Positions 1 through 10,189 are shown, numbered from the stretch's first letter. The stretch: DNA of 23,623 bases from Macrostomum lignano (GCA_002269645.1 NIVC01005176.1:1-23623); one strand, 5' to 3'. Numbers and translations are program-made. The notes: generated by a model from the sequence alone, not told the origin.

Positions 1-772
1 CTTGTCTTTGTAGTCGACAAATGTCAGGCCGGGCGCCCTTGCGCAGCAGCAACTCGAAGATGTCCGTCCGGTTGACGTACAGCGCGTAGTGCAGCGCAGT
101 CCGGCGGTATTTGTTGTCCTCCTGCGTGTTGACCTGGACGCCGAACTCAAGCAACTGGTGCACGAACTCGTACGAGGCGATCTGCACCGCGTATATCAGC
201 GGGGTGGCGCCGCTGAGGCGCGAGGCGACGTCCAGCGCCTGCCGGCCGTGCGGTTCCGACCTGGCGATGACGTCGAGGCTCTCGGCGCAGCCCATCCGGA
301 TGGCCAGATGCACAGCCGACTGACCCTCCTCGTCCTGCAGCGCCGGATTGGCGCCCGCGTCTAGCGCGGCCTGCAGCAGCGACACGGGCGTCTGCGTGAG
401 GATGCACCAGTGCAGCAGGGTCCGGCCCGCGCTGTCCTGGTGGCCGAGGCTGGCGCCCTTCCTGGCCAGCCAGCGCACGCACTGGCAGTAGTCATCGATG
501 GGCATCTCCTGGGTCTTGCCGAGGGTGGCCTCGAGCTTCTTGTAGCTCTGGACCAGGATGATCGGCAGCGAGAAGCCGTCGCTGTACACGTGGCCGAACC
601 GGAAATCAGCTCGATTGTCGTCTACCAGGTACTTGAACCGGTGCAGGTTGCCGGTCTCCAGGAGGCTGCGGGCCTCCTCCATCAGGTCCGGTGGCGGCAG
701 ACTGGGCGTCAAGGTGTGGCTGCTTCCCGACTCGCTGGTGTACTCGGTCACCGGCGTCAGAAGTCTCGACAT
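1..772 (-). CDS. Ankyrin-repeat protein, 3'-partial (runs off the left edge)
   Basis: Manual translation from ATG at 772: MSRLLTPVTEYTSESGSSHTLTPSLPPPDLMEEARSLL...GASLGHQDSAGRTLLHWCIL...GANPALQDEEGQSAVHLAIRMG...SGATPLIYAVQIASYEFVHQLLEFGVQVNTQEDNKYRRTALHYALYVNRTDIFELLLRKGARPDI. About four ankyrin repeats (G-T/S-P/A-LH...LL-GA-N/D pattern). Third codon positions are strongly G/C. An in-frame TGA at 892-890 lies upstream, so 772 is the first ATG. No stop before the edge, so the ORF track omits it. Probable +1 indel at 19-21. Confidence 0.88.
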   Translation of the reverse strand, partial: MSRLLTPVTEYTSESGSSHTLTPSLPPPDLMEEARSLLETGNLHRFKYLVDDNRADFRFGHVYSDGFSLPIILVQSYKKLEATLGKTQEMPIDDYCQCVRWLARKGASLGHQDSAGRTLLHWCILTQTPVSLLQAALDAGANPALQDEEGQSAVHLAIRMGCAESLDVIARSEPHGRQALDVASRLSGATPLIYAVQIASYEFVHQLLEFGVQVNTQEDNKYRRTALHYALYVNRTDIFELLLRKGARPDICRLQRQ

Positions 773-1882
773 TGCGATGCTCTGTGGCTGTGCGGTGCTG
801 TTTAAATCTGGAGGGCTGGCTCCGGTTGCCAGTGACGACAGATAGGAAGGCTGAGGTGCTGCTTCAATAATTGACCACCGGGGCCTGTTTCAAGAGGGTA
901 GAGAGAGGCGCACAAGTTTTCTGTAGTTGTAAACGACTGCCTTTCTCCCACTGTGCGTTGTTTTTGAGCTGGGAGGTAAATAATGGATGGGATCAGGACT
1001 GCGGGCTGGCCGGCCTGTGCGCTCGCACCTCCATTGGCCTCGCCTGGGGGATTTAAAATGCGTAGTTGCCAGCCGCGATGGGAAGAGACGGAGGCTGAGA
1101 GTGCTGCGCAGATTCTTGAGACGAGAAATGGTGCTTAGTGGTGTCTCTTCCGCTCTCTCCTCTCTCTCACTTGGATTCTCTGTGCTCATCTGCCCTACCG
1201 TCGCATTGCGCCAGAGCCTTTCTTAAAGGCTCAAAAAGCGCCCCGGCGACCAGCCAACCCCCCTGCCGTCTCCCCCTCTCTGCCCAGCTGCTCAGTTGCG
1301 CCCAGCTGTGTGTCAAAACTCTGCATAGAGAGAGAGAAGCTGGTTTTGACAGCCGCAGAGCTGAGTTCTGATGGCGATGTTGAAAAGGCGTTTGAGACGA
1401 CAAGAGGCTGCGCTGGCGCCTCTACCTCGCACAGGGCGGAGCTGCTGCACACTGCCTCCCCCCTGCACACTCCGCTGGGCTGGGACAGAGAAAGCATGAG
1501 TAGTTAGAGAGAGAGAGAGTAAGGCGAAGTGGCCGCTCTTTGCCGTTACTAGCTGAGTAGCTGCCGTTTTTACTGCCTCACTAATGCTCCAGCGCCGTGT
1601 TCTCTCCCTGTGCACAACTCTCATTTTTGGGCTACTCATCACCGTCTCACTTCTTTTCTCGGCCAATGGTCTCTTAGAATCGGTGTCAAATTACCGAATT
1701 TTTCCTACTGTATGTACATACAGCTAATATTCGAACTGTCTGCCCTTGGGCAAACTGTGTGAAATGAAATGACTTCAATATCAAACTATCAATACTGCCG
1801 GCCGGACCGTCTGCGCACTTCTGCTGCACTTTGCCGGCTTGCCGGGCGGCCTCCCCAGCTCAGCCCGACCCGCCTTGCAACA

Positions 1883-1921
1883 CGGGAAATGGCGCGGGAA
1901 ATGGCGCTCTATTTTTGGCGC
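1883..1921. promoter_or_regulatory. Candidate promoter motif cluster (E2F-like and YY1-like) between divergent genes
   Basis: Direct repeat CGGGAAATGGCG twice (1883-1906). It gives GCGGGAAA (TTTCCCGC on minus) and two ATGGCG cores, followed by TTTGGCGC at 1914-1921. It sits about midway between the ATGs at 772 (-) and 3137 (+). Motif match only. Confidence 0.3.
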
Positions 1922-3136
1922 TCCGGCTCGCACAGCTCAGACTAGCGGCTCACACCAACTTGGTAGTCATGACAACCGATTCTCCAGTGCCTCCCGCATC
2001 CTCCCTCCCGCATCTCCTCCCCGCTTTACAACTAAGAGTTGTAGAGGTGAATCTCAAGGTCTTAAATTTCCTACTTCCAATAGTCTATGGCGCGACAATG
2101 AATAAAAAATTAATTTGCGACACGTTCTCATTAATAAAAATGACTTGCGTGTCAGAATTTTGAGTGCTACTCGTACAGCCAGGGACGGTCATTTTATTGA
2201 ATTTAATGACCAGGCAGGAAAATGGCAAATCGGGAAGCCTTGTGCAGTTGGCAGTGTGTTTGCCTCAGTCCCGGGCAAACACTGCAGCTGAGGTGCTGGG
2301 AGGTGGGGCTAATAAAAAGTTCTGCTCATCGTGTGGCTCCACAGGGGCTGCCTTGAGCGATCGGATATGAGATGAGGCACGCCAGCTTCCGGGAAGGGCA
2401 GCTCAACGAAAGACGGGATCCTCGGCTCTGTTTCTCTTCTCTCTTTACTCTGCTCAACTCTACTCGTAGCTACCTCGGGCTTGCTACCTGTCTCTCCCAG
2501 CCTCCTATTCGAGAGGCCTCATCTCGACAGCGCCTCAGCCAGCATCTGCCGGACCTTCGCCTGGCTACATTTTCTCAGCATGCAGCGGCCACTCAGCGAC
2601 AGTGGGGGGGGTGGGGGTCGGGGGACACGCGAGCTGCGAAATCCTGCCAAGCCCCAGCCAGATCCCCGTCTTCCCATCCTGCATCCCCACCAACCCCCCT
2701 GCCTGCGATCCATCCCGAGAGAAGCTGAGGAAGGAGGCGCTCCCGGAGCTGCGCTTGGGGACGCGAGCGAGAGAGAGGGAGAGAGAGAGGGATGGAGCGG
2801 GATGAGCCGGATGCGGGGGTGGGACACGATCGAGCTGGGAGCGAGAGCAAGAGAAAGGACAGGGGAGTTGAGCGATGGGGCGCCATAGGATGCTGGACTA
2901 AATCAACCCATCCCCCACCGCCACCGCCGCCCCGTCTTCCCAGGCCCCGCAGCTGCCACCGACGGTGCAGCAGAGCCGAGCTCAGCAGGCAGCAGAGCAC
3001 ACTCTCTACAGAGCAAATTTATCTTTAAATAAGCGACCGCGAGAAAAGCAGGAAGCCCCGAGATACTTTGGAAGGCTCCCCCCACGTCTGAAATTTGACG
3101 AAAAATTTTTCCCGCATCGACTCGGCCCAGCCAGCC

Positions 3137-4362
3137 ATGTCGTTCGAGATCCCAGCTGGCCTGCCGCAGCTGCTCCAGGACTTCACGGTTGCCGTGCTCC
3201 GCTCCAGGCCCGGCAACCTGGTGACCTTCGCCTCCGCCTACTTCCGCCAGCTCGAGGCCGCGGCTGCCGCCAAGCCGCCCGACGGTGCCGCTGCGACGTC
3301 CAGAACTGCGGAGGCGGCGTCAGCGAACAACAGCGACGCGGACGACGAGGACGCGGTGGACTCCGCCTGGTCCGGCGTCAGCGGAGCCGGCGGCGGCGGG
3401 GGCGCCGGGGCCCGCCGGGTCAGCGTGGCTGCGCCCTCCTTCGACCCGGAGCTGCACCACGAGGACGAGGGCCAGCGGAAGCTGGTGCCGAAGAGCGATG
3501 AGCAGCGGCGCCGGCTGGCAGAGGCCGTGAAGCACATCCTGCTGTTCCGCAGCCTGGACCGCGCCAGCCTGGGTCACGTGATCGATGCCATGCAGGAGGC
3601 ACCGGTTCGGGCGGGCGAGACGGTCATCCAGCAGCACCAGGATGGCGACAATTTCTACGTGGTCGAGCGCGGAGTTTTCGACGCGTTCGTTGACGACAAA
3701 AACGCTGAGGGCGGGCGGCGGCACGTGCTGACATACAATAATGAGGGATCCTTCGGGGAGCTGGCCCTGATGTACTACTGCCCACGGGCCGCCACCATCG
3801 TGGCTAGAACCGACGGCGTGCTGTGGTCGCTGGACATGGAGACCTTCCAGCGTCGGGTGCTGACAGCGGCGTTTCGGCACGGCAGAAGTACGAGGCCTTC
3901 CTGGCCGCGGTGCCGTTGCTGGCCGAACTGACGCAGTACGAGCGTCAGAACGTCGCCGACGCCATTCGCGAACGGGAGTTCAGCGACGGGGCGCCGATCC
4001 TGATGCAGGGCGACGTCGGCAACGAGATGTTCTTCATCGAGGAGGGCGGCGTCAAGGTGATGCGGCGCGGTGCCGACAACGGCCTGGAGACGCAGGTGAA
4101 CCAGCTGGGCAAGGGCGACTACTTTGGCGAGCTGGCGCTCATCACCAAGCAGCCGCGGGCCGCCAGCTGCTACGCCGTCGGGCCAACGAAGGTCTGCGTG
4201 CTGCACGTGACCGACTTTGAACGGCTGCTGGGCCCCTGCCTGGAGGTGATGCGGCGCAACATTGAGGACTACAGGAGGCAGCTGGGGGACATATTTGGGC
4301 ACGAGGACAATGTGCCGCAGCCGAGACTGCAACAGCAGCAACAGCAGCAGGTGGCCCAGTAG
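3137..4362 (+). CDS. PRKAR2: cAMP-dependent protein kinase type II regulatory subunit; intronless; one apparent 1-bp deletion near 3879-3881
   Basis: N-terminal RIIa docking/dimerisation domain MSFEIPAGLPQLLQDFTVAVLRSRPGNLVTFASAYF. Inhibitor site RRVSV (RRxS marks type II). CNB-A cassette FGELALMYYCPRAATI and CNB-B cassette FGELALITKQPRAASC. Split between ORFs 3095..3931 and 3823..4362; adding one base gives ...AAFR(H/Q)RQKYEAFLAAVPLL. Ends in polyQ then TAG at 4360-4362. Confidence 0.93.
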
Positions 4363-4619
4363 GGGAAGCGAGGATCCGTGAACTTGTATTAGAGTAATAC
4401 GGGCATGCAAATAATTATGGATTTTAATACAAATGCATGGCCCAATTGGTGAGTTGGGTGCCCGTCTTGTCGAGGCTTCAGGTCAGGTTTGGAAATTCTC
4501 TTCGAAGGGCAGCCTTTGCCATAGAATAACTACGTACAGATCGCGTTCATATGGCCGTTTTCTGATAGACGCCGCACTTTGTTCATTTAGTCCCGTTTCT
4601 TATTCATTTAACTGGTAGG

Positions 4620-5031
4620 AGGAGAGGACAGAGAGAGGAAAAGAGAGGGGACAAAGCGGAGGGAGAGAAGAGAGAGCAGAATGAGAGAGGAGAGAGCGGA
4701 AGAAGAGAGGAGAGAACGGAGGGAGAGTGTGGAGGGAGAGAGCGGAGGGAGAGAGCGGAGGGAGAGAGCGGAGGGAGAGAGCGGAGGGAGAGAGCGGAGG
4801 GAGAGAGCGGAGGGAGAGAGCGGAGGGAGAGAGCGGAGGGAGAGAGCGGAGGAGAGAGCGGAGGGAGAGAGCGGAGGGAGAGAGCGGAGGGAGAGAGCGG
4901 AGGGAGAGAGCGGAGGGAGAGAGCGGAGGGAGAGAGCGGAGGGAGAGAGCGGAGGGAGAGAGCGGAGGGAGAGAGCGGAGGGAGAGAGCGGAGGGAGAGA
5001 GCGGAGGGAGAGAGCGGAGGGAGAGAGCGGA
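4620..5031. repeat. 13-bp purine-rich minisatellite (GGAGGGAGAGAGC)n with a degenerate 5' part
   Basis: Unit is directly visible and near-perfect from about 4730 to 5031. One 12-bp unit near 4851. Confidence 0.95.
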
Positions 5032-5421
5032 GAACGAAGCAGAAAACAAGCTGAGAACAGAGATCTGAATAGCGAGCTGTGTTTTAAATTCATATTCCAA
5101 ATAAATTAAAAGTTTTTTGGCCACCCAGCAAGAGGCGTATTGTCATCAGTTTTGACGGTTATATTAATAAAATGCACAAATAAACAACTCTGTTTTTCCT
5201 TACTAATAATTGAATGAATTAATGAATGAACGAAATATTTTTAAGATTACTGAAGGCGAGATTCAACAGCCAATCAGAAAGCAGCGAGGGAGAGAGAGAG
5301 AATAACAAGACTGAACTAGACAGAGATAGAGAGAAAGCAGAGTAAACAAAGACGAGTGAAGGTGAACTGAGAAATGACTAAGAATTGGCGCGCTTGCATG
5401 TCCCAGCGCTGGTCACTGCAA

Positions 5422-5684
5422 CACGGGTACACGTATAGGCCACCACGGGTACACGTATAGGCCACCACGGGTACACGTATAGGCCACCACGGGTACACGT
5501 ATAGGCCACCACGGGTACACGTATAGGCCGCCACGGGTACACGTATAGGCCACCACGGGTACACGTATAGGCCGCCACGGGTACACGTATAGGCCACCAC
5601 GGGTACACGTATAGGCCACCACGGGTACACGTATAGGCCGCCACGGGTACACGCATAGGCCGCCACGGGTACACGTATAGGCCG
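5422..5684. repeat. 22-bp minisatellite (CACGGGTACACGTATAGGCCAC)n, about 12 copies
   Basis: Directly visible. A/G variant (CCAC vs CCGC). The overlapping ORFs show a 22-aa period. Confidence 0.95.
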
Positions 5685-6174
5685 AAGCCTTCTAGAATAG
5701 GAAATTAATTGTCGAGTTCCCCTGTCCTGTCAGCCTCTTGTTCCCAGCTGCATCTTGCAGCAGCACATTGCCTTAGATTAGAGTACATTTCCTCATTCCC
5801 GAATTTCCGATTCTGTTTTTTATTCATCAACAGAGCTTGTCGCGGCACCCTCACCCCAACTCTCGCTGTCCCCATCTGTCTCAGCAGCTTAAAGCTTATA
5901 ATCCGGCCAGGGATGCTTTGGCTTCGGCGGGCGCTGCATGAGGAGACCAGGAGGGAACAGGATGGGGGGGTTGCAGAGTGCGAGACAAGGCGCAACTTAG
6001 GGGCTGAGATTGGGCGAGCGACCAGCTTTTCTCAAGAACTGGCAGCGACACGGTTTTTGGCAAATGCGACATTCGATTCGGTGGCCAGAAGATTAAAAAA
6101 TTGTGTTTTTTGTTGAAAAAAAGGAAAAGAAAAAGAAACACGAATCCGAAAGGCGAAAGGTAAGAGTTCGTTAG

Positions 6175-6628
6175 AGGGAGAGTAAGAGAGCGCAGGGAGA
6201 GGGAGAGAGCGGAGGGAGGGGGAGCGGATGGAGAGGGAGAGAGCGGAGAGGGGGAGCGGATGGAGAGGGAGAGAGCGGAGGGAGGGTAAACGGATGGAGA
6301 GGGAGAGAGCGGAGGGAGGGGGAGCGGATGGAGAGGGAGAAAGTGGTAGGAGATAGCGGAGGAACAGAGTGGAGGGAGAGGGAGAGAGGGAGAGGGAGAG
6401 AGCGGAGGAACAGAGTGGAGGGAGAGGGAGAGGGCGGAGGGAGAGAGCGGAGGAACAGAGTGGAGGGAGAGGGAGAGAGCGGAGGGAGAGAGCGGAGGAA
6501 TAGAGTGGAGGGAGAGGGAGAGAGCGGAGGAACAAAGTGGAGGGAGAGGGAGAGAGCGGAGGAACAGAGTGGAGGGAGAGGGAGAGAGCGGAGGGAGAGA
6601 GCGGAGGAGCAGAGTGGAGGGAGAGAGC
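6175..6628. repeat. Mosaic GA-rich minisatellite related to the 13-bp unit
   Basis: Built from GAGAGAGCGGAGG plus GGAACAGAGTGGAGGGAGAGG and GGGGAGCGGATGG modules. Confidence 0.85.
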
Positions 6629-7242
6629 AGGTGGAGACATTCACTAGGCTATAAAGACAGGCTTCAAAGACTCAAGTCCAGCGCTGTAGATCTGTCTGAC
6701 CAGCCGCCTCAACCGACGCTTCTTGGTGCAGCTCAGGAACTGTCCCAGTAGTAACCAGTCTATTCCCACAAGGCACCTCTCCATTTCACTCTCCAAGGTA
6801 AATTGATTCGAACATCTGGTACAAAAATTTCTCAGCCTGATCAGTTCGCCTCTGACGCACCGCACCTCCTGTCGAAGCCAGGCCAGTCGAGCCGGAGCAG
6901 CAAAGAGAGGCCGAGGCCCAGCGAAGCGGAAGGAAGTCCCTCCCCCTCTTGGATCTCAGATCCCAGTTGATGAGGGGCGGAATATATCTCTCCAAGGCCT
7001 CCTGCCCTTCTTCATCAAGCCTGGACAGTTGGCCGAGGCTTCAACTACAAAGGCAAACGCGACAGAGTGCAGAATGAGCTCGATAACTCAAAGTGACACC
7101 GAGGCGACCTTTTATTCCGTGTGACAGAGCCACTTGGGAAAATTGGCTTTTCTGTGGCGGGCTGGGGCTTTGGGATCGGGAGAAGGCAAGCTTGGGTGAT
7201 GCACGACAGAGCAGAGCTGAGTATAGTGCTGATGGGGTGGCG

Positions 7243-8967
7243 TGCAGTATGATCTATCTGCAGTGTGATCTATCTGCAGTGTGATCTATCTGCAGTGTGA
7301 TATATCTGCAGTGTGATATATCTGCAGTGTGATCTATCTGCAGTGTGATCTATCTGCAGTGTGATCTATCTGCAGTGTGATCTATCTGCAGTGTGATCTA
7401 TCTGCAGTGTGATCTATCTGCAGTGTGATCTATCTGCAGTGTGATCTATCTGCAGTGTGATCTATCTGCAGTGTGATCTATCTGCAGTGTGATCTATCTG
7501 CAGTGTGATCTATCTGCAGTGTGATCTATCTGCAGTGTGATCTATCTGCAGTGTGATCTATCTGCAGTGTGATCTATCTGCAGTGTGATCTATCTGCAGT
7601 GTGATCTATCTGCAGTGTGATCTATCTGCAGTATGATCTATCTGCAGTGTGATCTATCTGCAGTGTGATCTATCTGCAGTGTGATATATCTGCAGTGTGA
7701 TCTATCTGCAGTGTGATCTATCTGCAGTGTGATCTATCTGCAGTGTGATCTATCTGCAGTGTGATCTATCTGCAGTATGATCTATCTGCAGTGTGATCTA
7801 TCTGCAGTGTGATCTATCTGCAGTATGATCTATCTGCAGTGTGATCTATCTGCAGTGTGATCTATCTGCAGTGTGATCTATCTGCAGTGTGATCTATCTG
7901 CAGTGTGATCTATCTGCAGTGTGATCTATCTGCAGTGTGATCTATCTGCAGTGTGATCTATCTGCAGTGTGATCTATCTGCAGTGTGATCTATCTGCAGT
8001 GTGATCTATCTGCAGTGTGATCTATCTGCAGTGTGATCTATCTGCAGTGTGATCTATCTGCAGTGTGATCTATCTGCAGTGTGATCTATCTGCAGTGTGA
8101 TCTATCTGCAGTATGATCTATCTGCAGTGTGATCTATCTGCAGTGTGATCTATCTGCAGTGTGATCTATCTGCAGTGTGATCTATCTGCAGTGTGATCTA
8201 TCTGCAGTGTGATCTATCTGCAGTGTGATCTATCTGCAGTGTGATCTATCTGCAGTGTGATCTATCTGCAGTGTGATCTATCTGCAGTGTGATCTATCTG
8301 CAGTGTGATCTATCTGCAGTGTGATCTATCTGCAGTGTGATCTATCTGTAGTGTGATCTACCTGCAGTGTGATCTATCTGCAGTGTGATCTATCTGCAGT
8401 GTGATCTATCTGCAGTGTGATCTATCTGCAGTGTGATCTATCTGCAGTGTGATCTATCTGCAGTGTGATCTATCTGCAGTGTGATCTATCTGCAGTGTGA
8501 TCTATCTGCAGTGTGTTCTATCTGCAGTGTGATCTATCCGCAGTGTGATCTATCTGCAGTGTGATCTATCTGCAGTGTGATCTATCTGCAGTATGATCTA
8601 TCTGCAGTGTGATCTATCTGCAGTGTGATCTATCTGCAGTGTGATCTATCTGCAGTGTGATCTATCTGCAGTGTGATCTATCTGCAGTGTGATCTATCTG
8701 CAGTGTGAACTATCTGCAGTGTGTTCTATCTGCAGTGTGATCTATCTGCAGTGTGATCTATCTGCAGTGTGATCTATCTGCAGTATTATCTATCTGCAGT
8801 GTGATCTATCTGCAGTGTGATCTATCTGCAGTGTGATCTATCTGCAGTGTGATCTATCTGCAGTGTCATCTATCTGCAGTGTCATCTATCCGCAGTGTGA
8901 TCTATCTGCAGTGTGCTCTATCTGCAGTGTGATCTATCTTCAGTTTGATCTATCTGCACTCTGATCT
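7243..8967. repeat. 16-bp satellite (CAGTGTGATCTATCTG)n, about 107 copies
   Basis: Phase is exact across the array: every fourth line (240 bp) starts with the same unit from 7261 to 8941. Only scattered substitutions. Stop codons occur in all frames. Confidence 0.98.
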
Positions 8968-9512
8968 GATGCACTCAGAGTGATGTAAACTTGAATAGAT
9001 ATGCAACTTAAGCAAGAGGAAATGTATCTCAGTACGGAATCAAACCTCTTTAAGTTAATATTTGTTTGTCAATATCCGAGATCTAATAAGGGTAAGAAAG
9101 CTTCAATTTGAAAGGAGCAGTTTCAAACTGGCCTGTTTATGGCCTAAGTAAAAACTTTTTGTTCAAGCTGGATTTTCCTGCCTACTCTGCCTCGTTTTGA
9201 CCGACTTTAAGCCGAATGCTCCGTGTGCTCATAAAATCCTCGAAAAAAGCATCAAATTTCTTTTTTTCATCGCAGCATAAAATTCTAGATTGGAAGCTCC
9301 TCTCCGCGAGAAAAACGTCCAATGCGAGCCTGAAATGCCCGACTGACATGCCAGATTCATTTGGGGATGGGGGATTATCGATGCGGTAATTTGCAGTTTT
9401 GCGGGATTCGCGTGATTGAGTGGCATTCTGAGGGGGACGGAGCTTGGGGCAGAGCAAATGTAAATCTCGGACAGTTCTGGCCAGCTGCAGACTCAATGAT
9501 GGATCTCAGATC

Positions 9513-10189
9513 AAGGATTAGCATGGATTGCTAATCTAGCCAAAACCATCCATGATGAAGGATTAGAATGGATTGCTAATCTAGCCAAAACCATCCATGA
9601 TGAAGGATTAGAATGGATTGCTAATCTAGCCAAAACCTTCCATGATGAAGGATTAGAATGGATTGCTAATCTAGCCAAAACCTTCCATGAAGAAGGAATA
9701 GAATGGATTGCTAATCTAACCAAAACCATCCATGATGAAGGAATAGAATGGATTGCTAATCTAACCAAAACCATCCATGATGAAGGAATAGAATGGATTG
9801 CTAATCTAGCCAGAACCATCCATGATGAAGGATTAGCATGGATTGCTAATCTAGACAAAAAATCTATAGAATGGATTGCTAATCTAGACAAAAAATAAAT
9901 GATGAAGGAATAGAATGGATTGCTAATCTAGACAAAAGTCTATGATGAAGGAATAGAATGGATTGCTAATCTAGACAAAAGTCTATGATGAAGGAATAGA
10001 ATAGATTGGTAATCTAGACAAAAAATCAATGATGAAGGAATAGAATGGGTTGCTAATCTAGCCAACATCACGGATAGAAGGAATAGAATGGATTGCTAAT
10101 CCAGCCAACATCATGGATCATAGGATTGAATGGATTGCTAATCTAGCCAACATCATGGATAGAAGGAAATGAATGGATTGCTAATCTAG
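9513..10189 (+). repeat. Minisatellite family M, array A (about 45-bp units; core GAAGGAATAGAATGGATTGCTAATCTAGCC)
   Basis: Core followed by a variable linker (AAAACCATCCATGAT in the 5' part, AACATCATGGAT-type in the 3' part). Confidence 0.95.

Noticed and set aside
1-15. DYKDK resembling a FLAG tag (vector contamination)
   Set aside because: Only a partial match at the window edge, and it fits a normal ankyrin linker.
89-845. Plus-strand ORFs over the ankyrin gene
   Set aside because: Antisense shadows of GC-rich coding sequence with no recognisable motifs.
1313-1666. 117-aa minus ORF MAEKRSETVMSSPK... as an upstream exon
   Set aside because: No domain or codon bias, and it runs through a CT microsatellite and an acceptor-like tract.
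1841-1865. GCCGGGCG...CCCAGCT resembling the 5' end of 7SL/SRP RNA
   Set aside because: Spacing is wrong and no other SRP helices follow.
2965-4410. Alternative-frame and antisense ORFs over PKA-RII
   Set aside because: Shadows of high-GC coding sequence; the RII frames explain the region.
4600-6654. ORFs such as AEGESGGRERRER, LSLRSLPPLSPSA and VPVVAYTCTRGG
   Set aside because: Translations of the 13-bp, 22-bp and GA-rich arrays, open in several frames at once.
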